Positions 50,091 through 63,800 of a DNA stretch of 64,000 bases are shown piece after piece; within the stretch, counting starts at the first letter, position 1; each line of letters begins with the position of its first letter. Both the position numbers and the translations under genes were made by a program. The stretch covers positions 13,082,001-13,146,000 of the forward strand of contig JBHGNT010000017.1 of NCBI GenBank assembly GCA_043228905.1. Direction: 5' to 3'. A model generated the notes under the pieces. That model had not been told where the DNA came from. It was given only the letters and a program-made list of their open reading frames with translations, and made no database searches. Origin of the DNA: Azolla caroliniana. Its lineage: Eukaryota; Plantae; Polypodiophyta.

Positions 50091-50599
50091 GGTGGAGATT
50101 AGTATAGTACATTTCATTTTCATGGTCTGTTTTTTTCTCCCCAACAGTTTTTACAAATGCTGGAATCAGTTCAGATCTGTTTGCAACTGTTTATGTTGGG
50201 ATGGTCCACACCTGACACATATGATTGGAAAGACGGAGGACATGGAATATCATGTGAAATATAAGTTTTCTATGGAGTTCTGTTCTAAGAGCCCGAAATT
50301 TTGTTTTCTGCAGCAGATCACTGGAATCAATGTTGTGTTTTAAGGCTGTTTTTTTTCCCAACAATTTTTACAAATGCTAGAATCAGTTCAGATATACTGG
50401 TGGAGATGAAACAATATTATGTACTATTTGTATACTGCCTCTGGGCTTTTTATTAATACCAATGGAGCATATGTTTTATGGTAAAAAAATGATGTTTCAT
50501 GATGATAAGGATAGAACATTGAAGTATCTCAAGTCGGCAAGGCAAGTCGAGAGACTATATCCAGAAATTCCAGATTGGTACGAAGCGTAACTGACGTCA

Positions 50600-51523
50600 A
50601 GATTCAAGCCTCAACCTTTTTATGGTTTGCTCGACGGTGACACCGATGAAGATGATCGAGATCGGCGTAGTTGCGGTTGTGAAGAGACATGTGATGAAGA
50701 ACAAGGCTTTGAAGAGAGAGATTGAGATCGACATGCCTATGGTCATTACGAGGATCGTTGCAAACTCGACAAAGGAGAAACATGTGATGAAGAACGTGGA
50801 CTCAAGAGGGAAGATTGAGAAGGATGAGATAATGAAGAGATATGGAACGAAGAACATGCATTCGAGGGGAATGGCCAAGATACTCAAGGATGTGATCGTG
50901 AAGAGACGTGCCACAAAGAATGTGGGTTCAAGGGAAAAGACCAAGATACTCAAATATGCGGTCGTGAAGAGACATGTGACAAAGAACGTGGGATGGAGTG
51001 GAAGGACCAAGATACTCAAGGATGCAATCTTGAAGAGAGATGTGACGAAGAACGTGGACTCAAGAGGGAAGATCGAGAAGGATGCGATAATGAAGAGACA
51101 TGGAATGAAGAGCATGCGTTCGAGGGGAAAGACCAAGATACTCAAGGATGCAGTCATGAAGAGACATGTGACAAAGAACGTGGGCTTGAGGAGAAAGATC
51201 AAGATCTACACGGTTATGACAAAGACAAAGATCATTACAAACTCACAAAGAGTGTTCGAGATCTACAAGGTTATGATCGTGACAAAGATTACTACAAACA
51301 CAAGAGGAGGAATCAATGTCGAGCTCTTCATGGTTGTGATAATGAAAAAGCACTCAACGAAAGTTATGACGGTGAGTGTAGTTGGGATCAAAACTCTCAT
51401 GGTTTAGATTTTGATGACAAGTATGATAGGTTTAATGAGAGCCACGAACAAGAGAAGAAGTTAGGAAGAGACGAAAAATTTACATTTAAACGTAATGACG
51501 GTGATGATAATAACGATACATGA
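50600..51523 (+). repeat. Coding-like tandem repeat (54-60-bp units) giving an acidic Cys-repeat peptide and overlapping ORFs
   Basis: The frame of ORF 50993-51523 reads DQDTQGCxxEExCDxExG repeatedly (stops upstream of 50993); frames 50622-51407 (+) and 50597-51202 (-) are also open. Confidence 0.75.
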
Positions 51524-53960
51524 TTTAGGGCTTGATGATAGTAAGGAAGAGTGTATTATTGAGGGTAAGAATGAGTGCCATGAGAAGAATGAGGGTTATG
51601 ATGATAAAAAGTTGTGCACTTTCTGTGGATATGGTTATGATAAGGGTAATGATGAGAGTGAGAGTGAAGGAGAGGAATTGTGTGTTTTAGGTTGCATTGG
51701 GTTTCTTCGGGATAGATTTTATAAGAGTTTCACTAGATCAAATGGTGACATTCATGAGGGCATCCATTATGAAAATAGAATAGGGGTTTGTGATGATGAG
51801 GACGTTTTACAAAAATATGTACATGATGATGTGGGGTTACATGATGATCACATGGGTATAAGTAAGGAAAATCTAGAAAATGTTATTTGGGACGTGTCTA
51901 ATGATGATGTTGATGTTGTCAGTATGTGTGGGAAGGATGAGTTAGGGTAGATGATATTGAATATGATGGTTATCTTGTGATAAATGATTTGGTGATTAAA
52001 GATATACTTAACTCAAAGGATGATGATGATGTAAGTACAATTAACATTGAGGTTGGTATTGAAGAAGATGATATTGTGGTAAAATGGATGGTTATTACTT
52101 ATAAAGAAGAAAGGAAAGAAGTGATTATGAGGACTACCCATGGGAAGGAAGGGAAAGATGCATAAAGATGGTGGGATGTCCAACTAAACAGAGGAGGTTG
52201 TATTGCCAACATTTCCATCTCCCATCTCAAAGAAAAAGATTGGCTAATTAGAAGAAGCACTTGGCTTTTTGATTCGGCTCGAAAAGACACATCAATTGCG
52301 CTCCAAGAGGATCAAAGAAGGAGGTCGGGTATTGGTCTACAAACAGCTTTGGCAACCAACACAGGACGACAATAAAGTTTGCAAGAAGGTGGTTCGGATC
52401 TTATGTGCAGCTAGACGGATCAAAGTACAATGGTAAGGCGGAACCCACAAACGTGAGTGAGGTCAACGAGGACGTGGAATAATCTCACACCGTAGTTGAA
52501 ATCTCACAGTCATGTCGTGAAGATTTTCGGCAACAGTGTAAAAATCACGTGGAATCGAGAAGGTGTAATGTGCACACGAATGAAAGGGGTGAAGGTTACA
52601 CTCATACGTTAGCATGTTGTAAATATAAATGTAATGAGAACACCTAAAGCCTATTTGCAAGTATTGAACCTTGCACCTCCAAGATAGAAGACACCTGACT
52701 TACAATTAAACTTAGTTATTTCTTTAGATCGTCATTATGTTTTTGACATATGAATGCTCATAGATGAGAGCTTGGATGAGGTACATGGTCATCATGCATC
52801 ACATGTGATGCATGAGCGCCAAATGGCAATCATGCATCGCATGCATTTCATGCATTGTATGCTTGTCTTACACCCTCACATGCACATATGCATGGGGGCA
52901 TCTATATAAGGAGGAATCAATCTATGAATCAAGGAGGCTATGTATCAAGTAAGCTATGGATTAAATCAAGATATTTTAATAAGAAAACCTAGTTATCTTA
53001 TTGGTGATGTGTTTTGTTTCTCTAAATTAAAGTCAAGGGTTCAAACCTAGAATTGGAATTTCAATCCGTCTAACTATCTATCTTAAACACTTCCTCAATT
53101 TTCGTTTCTTCTCTCACACACTCTCAACCACATTAGTGCGTTACTTCAACTGCCTACATGTTATTCCACCGTACCGTCGGGTTCGGGCGCGTCTTTGACA
53201 ACAAAGGACGACTCGACAATAAACCTAAACGACCAATTCCTTACATGCACAACTCACCCGATTCGTTCTCCCCGGTCAAAGACCTTGGTGGTCCCATTCG
53301 ATCGACCCGTAGGCGCGGAAATCGCATCGTCAATCCTCCATAACCACTAGCGGATATAGGCCTGGTGCTTGTCCGCGCTTGTGATGCGCACATCCTGACG
53401 TTTGGCACATGTGTCACTCGCCATACGACAATGTGCGCACATTGCACCTTCTCGATTTTGTCCTTTCCGCGCGATTTTCATGTTGTTGCCGGGAATCTTC
53501 ACGACATCCACCCCCACCAAACCGCGCGTCCTCTGGTATGTGCCAGGAAGAGAGTGTGAGATTTCGGATATGGTGACCAATCAATTTCCTCGATGTCCTT
53601 GTTGACTTTGCTCATGTTTTCGGCTTCCTCCCTACCATTTTCATCATTGAGGTCATCAAGGTCAGGACCCTCATCTTGTCGTTTCTTGAAGATCTTTACT
53701 CTTTTCCCCGTAATGGGTATGGTCAACCTTAATCCGTCTAGCTCCGCGAAGTGGTAGGTGGCGTTGTCGTTGACACTCATCACCACATACTGTCCGAACC
53801 ACTTTCTTGGAAACTTTCTTGTTGTCTTCCGTTGGTTCTCAAGGTTGTTGTCATAGACCAATACCCAATCTCCTTCTTCGATCTTCTTGGGACGCAATCA
53901 ATGTGTCTTGTCGAACCGAATCTTGTTCTTCACTCGGGCTGCCTCCATGATTTTTCGCGT

Positions 53961-54813
53961 TGTCGTGAAGAATTCCAGCCATATGGTGAAAAAGGGTCGA
54001 GCACGTGTGAATGGGGGTTTCAACGTGAGAAAAAGGACCGGTCGGACAAGGTGTGAGGGAGGGTGTGCAAATAGGCACAAAACACAAGGACCGGAGTACA
54101 AAAAATGTAAATGTGTGTAAAATATTTAAGGTACCATACTAGGTAGACTAGTTAATGGGTACTTTAAGTCCCACACGTATAGAGAATAAGAATAAGTTTA
54201 GATGGAGAGAATCGAGGGCAATCTCTGACATAAAAGACTGCCATTTACTTGCGATGTAACGGCCTCCCCTTGTGCTATAAAAGGGAAGGTTTAAGATTGT
54301 TCTGGGGATCCACTATTTTGGAGGTCAAAGTTTTGTCGGTTTGAGAGCTAACCATTCGATTTGTTGTATTTGTGCATCCGTTTGGTGCTGTGGAGTCCTT
54401 TGCTCGCGTAGGAAGCCCACTGCTCCGACTAGAGCCCACTGTTATTAATGTCTACGTGAGTGTTGAGTGTAGAGAGCCCAAAGCTCTTCTGTCGACCGAG
54501 TTTGGTTGTATTCTTTCCCTGTTTCCTTTTCTATGTTAATCTCTAGTATTTGCTGTATCTCTCTTTGTGTCTGGCATCCCCGAGTCGCCTCTATTCTATT
54601 TCTAGTTGCGTGCGCACATCCGGGTGTGTGAGCCCGTGAGCCACTCACTTACTACCTGAAACCGATCCAGAATGGTGTTCGCCCTTGAGCCCGTGCACTC
54701 TGCCGTTTGGCATTCGCGACCTGATCCGGATTGGATACGTGTCTGGAGACGATCCGGACAACTAGTTGTCCAGAACATGTGGTCTTCTCTCGTCACCACT
54801 ACTCGACGTGGCA
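53961..54813 (+). mobile_element. LTR of the TGTCGTGA gypsy group inserted in the host integrase
   Basis: Starts TGTCGTGAAG after GCGT, ends about CGTGGCA, followed by a TGG stub cut by a copia LTR; similar to the LTR at 9828-11221. Confidence 0.72.
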
Positions 54814-54823
54814 TCCCTGTCCT

Positions 54824-57192
54824 GGTTGAATACTGGCTTCTAATGGACGTATTCACACCGTCTCCTTTTGTACACACTAGGCATAGGCTATTTATGTAAA
54901 TAGTGAGAAGGGCAATTGCCCTAAGTTAGTCAGTATATAAACTAACTTTGTAACCTAGTTTGTGGTTGTTGCTTTAAGTTGAAATATACTCTTGACGTTG
55001 TGCCTAACTGTCTCTCTCTCTTGCGTACTAGTTGTATTGTTTGTCTTATTGTAGAAGAGTGTTGATCTTGTTCCGCATTAGATGACGGTGATTCCAACAT
55101 CTGGTATCAGAGCTTGGTATTGTTTGATTCTGCTGCTGCCATGTATCTAACCTCCATCGACAACTCTTCTCTTGTACACCTTGAAGATCTCGATTGGCAA
55201 CCCCTCTTGAAATTACATTTGACGAAGAGAGACAACTAAAGGTCTGCACTCCATTGTTTGAAATCACCCTTGACGTAAGTCAGTCGATTGTACCTTGAAT
55301 CTGTGATTGTTGTCGCTCGGAGTGAGACCCTTCTCTTGATTAGGTCAAATCCGTGCCTCACTCGGTTTGGTAGAAATCGAATAGGTCATCTGACGCTATC
55401 TCCTTACTTGCCGTAACCACTCGAAGCAAACACGACTCTAGGGGCAACCCCAATCTGTGTTTCATTCGGTTGAACGACTTTCAGGAGGACTAGTAGGCAC
55501 TGTCTCTCTCATCGTTGCAATTACCCGAAACATGATTGGTCTGGAAAATCGCACATAATTCGTGTTGGGAAATCTCGGAAAATCAACATTCGAATTCAAA
55601 CAATCGAATCTGGGTTCAACTTGACTAAGTCAGGTGTTAGTAGTCACTCCGAACAGGATTCATCGATATTCGTAATCAACACGACTTGTGTCCAACTTCG
55701 GCTAGAACGACATCGAGTGAGCCAAGCTGCTACACTCTATCACAGTTCGTAGCTAACTTCGAACAAAGTCTATTATACCAACACAGATGGCTTCAACATC
55801 CAGCTCGTGAGAGATGAGTCTAAGGTAGTTCGACGGATCGAACTTCAACTTCTGGAAGGAGCAGATGCAGGACTATTTAATAGTCAAGGGGCAAATTGAC
55901 CCCATTGAGAATGAAGACCCTCTAGAAGGATACAAGTCGTTTGAGTGGGAAAATCTCGACAAAATCGTCCGAGCCACCATTTAGATGCACCTATTGGAGT
56001 CCGTGTACTTCATGGTGTAATCGTGTTCGACTGCCTTCCAACTATGGAAGACACTTTCAGACACTTACAAAAAGAAGGTCGCCGCCACCAAGATATACCT
56101 GATTCGGTACCTTTATAACCTTCGGATGAAAGAGTCTGACTCAGTCCATGCACACCTGAACGAGTACGAAAGCTTAAGCTCCCAAATTTCGGCCCAGGGG
56201 ACAATTATTGAGGATGAACTAAAAGCAATGTTGCTCATGAGTAGTCTCACTCATTCGTGGGAAACTTTCGTTACAACCGTGTGCAATGTGTCGACAATTG
56301 CCGTCAAGTACTCCTTAGTCACGAGTGTAATTCTAACTGAAGCGGCTCGGAGAAAATTGTTTGCTAACGATTCAGCCAACAACGCTACGTAGTACAAGGT
56401 TCGATTGACCGATCGAACAACCGTGGAAGAGATTCTTCACGGCAGCCGAACAATCAATGAAGTCGGAGCAAGTCACGGGATAATCGAGTATGCAACTACT
56501 GCAACTATGCCATATCAAAGCCGATTGCCGTGCACTCAAGACCAAAAACGATAAGGCTCAACGAGCCGAGTAGAAGAGTGGCCGATACGAGGAGACCAAC
56601 TACATTGGCTCTTCGGCCAAAGTATTGATAAACGACCCGAATATACTATCAATTGAGAACCCAATCGAATCAAAAGTTCTACTTATGACTGAAGAATCGA
56701 GCACGTGGCTCTTGGATTCGGGTGCATCTTTTCATGTGACTCCTCATCGATCCCAATTTCAGCAGTACACGGCCCGACATTCCGACTCAATTCGGGTAGG
56801 AAATTCGCAACATTACGACTTAAGTGGAATCAGCACAGTAGAGCTCAACCTTGTGGGTGGCTCTACATTAGTACTACACAATGTTTGACACGTACATGAG
56901 CTCTCATGACCACTGATCTCTGTCGGACAATTGGATGAAGAAGACATCCATGCTGGAATCTCATCAGGAGGGTGGACGCTCCACAGAGGGAACCTCATGC
57001 TTGCTCGAGGACCGAAGATACACTCATTGTATCCTTTGCACCTCACACTCAGAGAGGGTGACCTATTTTTGGTTGACATTCTTGTGTCATCACTTTGGCA
57101 CGGATGACTCGAACACCTCAGCAAGCCCGACATCACGCACTTAACTAGAGCCGAATACATCCCCAAACTCTCCTTCTCGGATCATCAATTCT
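54824..57192 (+). mobile_element. Copia group A 5' half: LTR ~54824-55099, Met PBS 55102-55113, long leader, decayed gag-PR (ATG 55787)
   Basis: TGGTATCAGAGC; translations near-identical to ORF 51-3944 (MKESDSVHAHLNEYES, WLLDSGASFHVTPH) with many stops; ends in the GAG-pre-integrase region. Confidence 0.9.
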
Positions 57193-57239
57193 ACACTCTT
57201 TAAGATTTGTTTCACACCTCGTGCCTTTTGTCCCACGGA

Positions 57240-59378
57240 TAATAGGAGCATAAGAAAATCAACCCCACCCAACGACTCCCGAATACTCAACATGGGAGCA
57301 AGACACAAGCCGACTTATGTATTGCTTGGCGACATGTATCCATGAACACATGCTCGACTATATTCGTGAAGCCAAGACGCCGAAGGAAGCGTGGGAGAAT
57401 CTTAGAAAGATTTTCACGGCCAACACAACTGCAAGAAAGCTTCAACTCCGCCAAGAGTTGAATAATATCCAACAAAGGGATATGTACATTGCAAGCTACA
57501 CCTTGAAGATCAAGGAGCTTTGTGATTCACTTGGCTCAATAAGCATCAATGTGGAGGATGACGAGATGGTGCAAATATGCTTAGGCGGCCTTGCACCACG
57601 GTTCAGTGCGGGGAGAACCGCCATCCTAGCAAGGGAGAATCCTCCCTCTTTCTTCGATCTTCAATCCATGTTGTTGGTTGAAGAAAACCATGTTCGAACA
57701 AGGAGCAACACCTCAAAAGGCCACATGCTCTACACACATTTGAATGGAGGAAGAGGACTTGACCGAGCAAGAGGCTGATTCGGCCAAGGATGAGGTGGAC
57801 GAACTCGGACCTATGAAAACAACTCCCAAATTTGGCAAGAAAGCGGAAACAATCGAGGAATATTTGGAAGAAGGGGGAGCTTCCATGTTGGTCCAAGCTG
57901 AAAAAACTCAATCGAGTGTGGATATTGCGGCAAAATTGGCCACCACGAAGAAGCGTGAGTCGGCGTCCACAAGCCGACAACTCACCAATTATGCCACCAT
58001 CTCGGAATGTTTGTGATGAGACATAGAGCAAATTCTATGTTGGCTTCTACTTCGACAAGTGCCTCAAATCTGGAAAACGTATGGTTCGTCGACTCCAGTG
58101 CCTCGAACCATATGATGTCTCATAAAAAATGGTTCCGAGACCTTTGAGAGCCGGATTGACCCAGCTATGTCGAGACCGGAGATGATACCACTCATCCCAT
58201 TTGGCATGTCGGCAATGTCCCATTCGGGAAAGAAGGCGAACAAACTTGCATAAAAAATGACTTGCATGTACCGACCATAACGAAGAATTTGGTCTCGGTC
58301 AGGAAAATTGTTGAGCAAGGTATGCAAGTTAGATTCAACCAAGGTGGTTGCTTCATCAAGAAGGAAGGTCGACTCATTGCTCGTGGTTGAAGGAAAGGCC
58401 GAATGTTTATCCTCGAAAGAGGGATGAGTATCAACAAAGACGCCTCAAAATCAAGTCCCTCTTCACACTTGATTGGATAGGTGTAAAGATCGAGAAAGAA
58501 GAAATGGTGGAGGTTTGTCTTGATGCCCTCTCGCAGCACTTTGGAGTGTATTGGACTGTCAATCCGATAAGAGAAAATTTTCCATCATTCTTTGATCTTG
58601 AATGGGTGTGTTGGTAAAAGAAAATTGCAATAGTGGTATGAGAAGTTCAAATGTGAATAACCAAATGTTGTAATCTAAGTGAAAGATAGATCCATATTCG
58701 GACGTGGAAGTGAAAGAAGAAGAAGACTTGATGGAAGAAACATTGAAGGTAGAAAACCGCATGGGGTGGAAAATTTCCTATGACATGAGAATGGAAGAGT
58801 AAGAGGAAATTCTGAAGGAGGGGGAGTTACAATGGAATAAGAAATGGGCTAAACAAACCTAAAAGCTAGTATTATGGTAAACTCACCCACATTGCGGTAT
58901 AATTCTTGAAGAAGAAGAGTAGGCCCAACAAAGGATGTTAGCTTACCAACTACAAACATTTTACTATGAGAGCTTATTTTTTATGAATAAAAAAGCCAAC
59001 AACATGAAGGCAAGCACAAGTGGATCGAATGGCATATGTTTTGTGAATTCAAGTGCATCGAACCACATGATGAGGCATAACGAATGGTTTTGAGGTTCTA
59101 AATGTGCGGACAACCCAACTACATGGAGACCGTAAAAAATACAACTTTTGATCTTCCATGTTAGTTGTTGATGTAATTCTTGGTGGTTGTAAGAATAAAT
59201 GCATTAAGACCATCTTGTTTCTCCCAACTATGACAAAGCACTCAGTGTTTATTAGACAAATTTTCAAACAATGAATACTAGTGTAGCTCGATGATCAACA
59301 ATGTTTCATCGAATACCTCAAAGAGGAAGGGAAGTAGGTGGAAGGATATTCATCTTTCACAACAAAATGACAAACTCT
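57240..59378 (+). mobile_element. Two successive decayed copia group B gag-protease fragments
   Basis: ORF 57317-57778 (MYCLATCIHEHMLDYIREAK), protease WFVDSSASNHM near 58080; a second, more decayed gag-PR from ~58470 (EEMVEVCL...FFDL). Confidence 0.8.
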
Positions 59379-59641
59379 TGTTGGGAATTTGGTCGCTCCA
59401 GATGGGATCTGGATGAGAATCGGAGGAGCCGGATGAAGGAACTGGATCCGGAAGGGTTCCGGATGAGACCCGGAAACCGGATGGATCCGGTGCAAACCGG
59501 ATCCAAGAACATATGTGTAAATATGTTTCATAGTGAGCCCATCAAGGCTATATTTGTAAATAGCCCTAAAGTCATGTAAGTATAAATATGACTTAGGGCA
59601 ATCACTTTAGGTGTGATGAGAGTTGTTGATAGAGTGGGTAC

Positions 59642-59711
<70 letters not shown>

Positions 59712-60012
59712 CAATTTCTGTTGTAACCACTAGTTGGCGAAGACATAGAGCTCGAGGTCGTTGCCTCTGAGTCTCAGATTGTATTCCTCCCCTCATAGTG
59801 ATAGTTGGAGTCCGTGGCTCCCGTGGTTTTTCCCATTTAGGGTTTCCACGTAAACGTCTTGTGTCATCTCTATGTTAGTTTGTTTTCTTCCATTCATTGT
59901 TTAAGACTTGGTTGTGGCCGAGCACTATTTTCCGCACAAACTGGTATCAGAGCGAACAAAGGAAATGGAAGAATCATTCGGCGACATGTTCAAGCTCCCG
60001 GCTCCAACTACC
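59379..60012 (+). mobile_element. Copia LTR (59379-59938), Met PBS (59942-59953) and first codons of gag, cut by a related LTR
   Basis: TGTTGGG...GCACA; TGGTATCAGAGC; ATGGAAGAATCATTCGGC matches the gag start at 61255. Confidence 0.85.
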
Positions 60013-60838
60013 TGTTGGGAAATCGGTCCCTCCGGATGGGATCCGGTTATGAATGAAGATGGACCCGATGAGAACCGGATGGACCTGGTAAGAACCGGAA
60101 GAGATTCGGAAACAGGATCGGATGTACCCGGTGAGAACTAGAAGAGAAGACATATTTGTAAATATGTTTTGAGTAAGCCTATTGAGGCTATATTTGTAAA
60201 TATTCTTCCATTCATTGTTTAAGACTTGGTTGTGGCCGAGCACTATTTTCCGCACAAACTGGTATCAGAGCGAACAAAGGAAATGGAAGAATCATTCGGC
60301 GACATGTTCAAGCTCCCGGCTCCAACTACCTGTTGGGAAATCGGTCCCTCCGGATGGGATCCGGTTATGAATGAAGATGGACCCGATGAGAACCGGATGG
60401 ACCTGGTAAGAACCGGAAGAGATCCGGAAACAGGATCGGATGTACCCGGTGAGAACTAGAAGAGAAGACATATTTGTAAATATGTTTTGAGTAAGCCTAT
60501 TGAGGCTATATTTGTAAATATTCTTCCATTCATTGTTTAAGACTTGGTTGTGGCCGAGCACTATTTTCCGCACAAACTGGTATCAGAGCGAACAAAGGAA
60601 ATGGAAGAATCATTCGGCGACATGTTCAAGCTCCCGGCTCCAACTACCTGTTGGGAAATCGGTCCCTCCGGATGGGATCCGGTTATGAATGAAGATGGAC
60701 CCGATGAGAACCGGATGGACCTGGTAAGAACCGGAAGAGATCCGGAAACAGGATCGGATGTACCCGGTGAGAACTAGAAGAGAAGACATATTTGTAAATA
60801 TGTTTTGAGTAAGCCTATTGAGGCTATATTTGCAAATA
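59885..60838 (+). repeat. Near-perfect tandem triplication, 318-bp unit (LTR end, PBS, gag start, LTR start)
   Basis: Identical-length ORFs at 59908, 60226 and 60544 (spacing 318); only 1-2 substitutions seen among copies. Confidence 0.96.
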
Positions 60839-63800
60839 TCCCTAAGCTCATATAAGTATAAATATGACTTAGTGCAAACACTTTATAGAGGTTGTTGCCA
60901 TACTGTTGTTTAGATAATTGCTGTATAGAGAGAGTGAGAGAGAGTGGAGATACAGAACAATACTCTGTTGTAACCGCCGGTTGGCGAAGATACAGAGCTC
61001 GAGGTTGTTGTCTTCAAGGCTTTGATTGTACCTTTCTCCTATACTGATAGTTGGAATTTGTGGGATCCCGTGGTTTTTTCCATTTAGGGTTTTCCACGTA
61101 AACATCCTGTGTAATCTCTTTTGGTGTACGTGTATTCATCTCTATTCCCATTTCTGTGTTTGATTCTCATTGAAGTGTTCAAGACTCAGTTGTGGCCAAG
61201 CTATATTCCGTGCTATTCACTACAATATGGTATCGAGAGTGAACAACAGAGGAAATGGAAGAATCGTTCGGCGGCATGTTCAAGCTCACCGGCTCCAACT
61301 ACTCTGTGTGGAAGTCGAAGATGAGGGATATGTTGGTGGTTAAAGATCTTTGGAGGCCGGTTCAGTTCGGGGACAAGAGACTGGATAAGATCGACGCCAT
61401 AGTGTGGGAGGTAATGCACATGAAGACGACGGCATACATTCGGTGCTTCATCAACATGAGCCTGTACAACAACTTCAATGAAGAGAGCAAGGCTCATGAA
61501 CTCTGGAAGAAGATCGACATCATGTCTAAGAACAAGAATGCTGTCAATCGGGTTTCAGTATTCTGGAAGCTAGTGAGGTTCTGGTACCAAGATGACTCCA
61601 TTATGGCAGAGCACATGAATGCCTTCCAGGGACTGATACACCAGGCAACCTCGTTGGCAGTACCTCTCGCCGATGAGGTACTTGCATTACTCCTGCTCGG
61701 TTCCCTCCCAGATAGTTGAGAGATGCTAGTTGTCACGTTGGGCAATGTCGGGCCGGAAGGAAAGCAGTTGTCCCTAGCAAGGGTAAAATCAAGCTTGCTA
61801 GATGAAGAAGCTCGCCGGAAGGACCGGGAGTCCCGAACTGATCCGAAGGCCTTGGTCACGGAAGATGACCACAACCGGGGAAGAGGCCAGTATCGGAGCC
61901 CCCAAAACCGGGACAAGTCGGGAACGAGGTTGAAGTCAAGGGGGAGGCCTACTTGCTTCTACTGTGGGAAGCCAGGGCACTTCCAGAAGAACTGTCGGCA
62001 ATTCCGGAAAGAGAAAAAAACCAACACCACCAATTCGAAGAAGAGTTCGAACCGAAACGGTTCGAATCGGAGAGGTTCGGAACGGAAAAGAACGTCGGCG
62101 ATTGCGACAAGTGAAAACTTACCGAGGAGAATGAGTTAAATCTTGTCGGTGATGAGACAATGTGGGTTGTCAACTCCGAAGCGTCGTTCCACTTGACACC
62201 GGATCGGAAATGCTTCTCATTCTACACAACTGGTGATCATGGCTGTGTTCAGATGGGGAATGAAGGTACATGCCGAATTGTCGGCATAGGAGATGTGTTG
62301 TTGACGACACCAACCGGATGCAAGTTGTTGCTGAAGGATGTCCGACATGTTCTAGAGGTTTGACTGAACCTGATATCAGTCGCTCGGCTAGATGATGAAG
62401 GTTACACGGGTAGCATCCAGAACGGAGTCATGAAGTTCTACAAAGGGAGCCTAATAGTGGCTCGAGCCTGGAAGGTCAACTCACTGTACCTAATGAATAC
62501 CCGGTTATGCCGGGAAGAAGTGAACGTAGCATCCAACACTGCCGGTGAGCTGTGGCACAAAAGACCGTGTCACATGAGTGAGAAGGGGATGAAGAGGCTT
62601 GCCGAAGACAATCTTATTTTGGTGAAGGACGTGTAACTTGAGAAGTGCATTGACTGCCTGGCCGGCAAGCGAAACTGAACCTCCTTTCGGTCAAGAACAC
62701 CGATGAGACGGAATGCACCACTAGAGTTGGTGCATACCGATGTGTGTCAAGTGGACACGAAGTCACATGCCAGATCGCAGTACTTCGTGATGTTCATAGA
62801 AGATCACATCAGGAAGATGTGGGTCGCACAACTGAAGATGAAGGATCAAGTGTTATCCGTCTTCAAGGAACTCCACGCGAGAGTGGAAAGAGAAACCGCC
62901 CGGAAGCTGAAGGCGGTTCAAGCGGACAACGGACAAAAATACCCGGGGCAGTTCGAGGAGTACTACCGGTTCATCCATTCAGCATGCTAGCACATGACAA
63001 GTTACCCAAGACGTTTTGGGCTGGGGCGCTGACGACGACGACCTATGTGATAAACAGATCACCCTCAATACCCTTGGATGGAGACTCACCGCAGAAAGTA
63101 TGGACTGGTAAGGACGTGTCTTACCGGCATCTGAAGGTGTTCGGGTGTCTCGCTTACGTGCATGTGGCAAAGGACAAGAGAGCAAAGTTGGATCCGAAGT
63201 CTCAACCATACATATTCCTTGGATACGACGATGATGAGTTCGGAGATCGAGTGTGGGATCTGGTCGACAAGAAGGTGTTCCGGAGTCGGGACATAGTCTT
63301 CATGGAAGACATGACCATTCGCGACTGGGAGTCGGAGAAGAAGGTGATGAACCCCGGATCATCCAATGAAAACTAGCTTGAGGACACAAGGATATACCCG
63401 ATTGAAAACCGGATGTTAGCCGGTAACCAGATGACACTCGACGAACCGACCGAAGAAGAAGAAGACACTAGAACCGGACAAGATCCCGAATCGGATTCGG
63501 ATTCGGAACAAACGGAGGAACCAACAGTCATAAACCAAGGACAAAGATATCCGCTCAGAGAGAGAAGAGCCCCTCGTAGATTTCCGGATGCAGAGCATAT
63601 GTTGCTAACCGATGAGGCGGAGCCGGAAAGCTTCGAAGAAGCAAAGAGAGACACCCACAACTGCAAGTGGTTGAGTGCCATGCAGGACGAGATGGATTCC
63701 CTGCATGAGAACCACATGTATGAACTAACAAAATTGTTGCTCCGAAACAAGTGGGTGTACAAGCTGAAACTGGGAGATGCCGGAAACCCGCCGAGATACA

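Larger units (their letters stand above)
47751..53430 (+). mobile_element. Non-autonomous gypsy-derived LTR element (LARD-like) with tRNA-Trp PBS
   Basis: LTRs 47751-48695 and 52513-53430 (TGTCGTGA...GACA/GTCA); PBS TGGTGAACCCGACGTGAA 48702-48719; 4-bp TSD ACGT/ATGT; no RT; short integrase C-terminal relic at ~52270-52425; no PPT before the 3' LTR. Confidence 0.88.
46850..53960 (-). mobile_element. Host Ty3/gypsy 3' end: integrase C-terminus (53960-53581), PPT, 3' LTR split by a nested element
   Basis: KIRFDKTH*LRPKKIEEGDWVLVY...KWFGQYVV...YHFAELDG; PPT GGTGGGGGTGGA, then an LTR starting TGTCGTGAAG at 53506. The LTR runs 53506-53431 and resumes at 47750; its distal end (~46850) is uncertain. 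Confidence 0.8.

Noticed and set aside
59908-60777. Three identical 77-aa ORFs as a small gene family
   Set aside because: They cross LTR end, PBS, gag start and LTR start, and exist only because of the tandem triplication.
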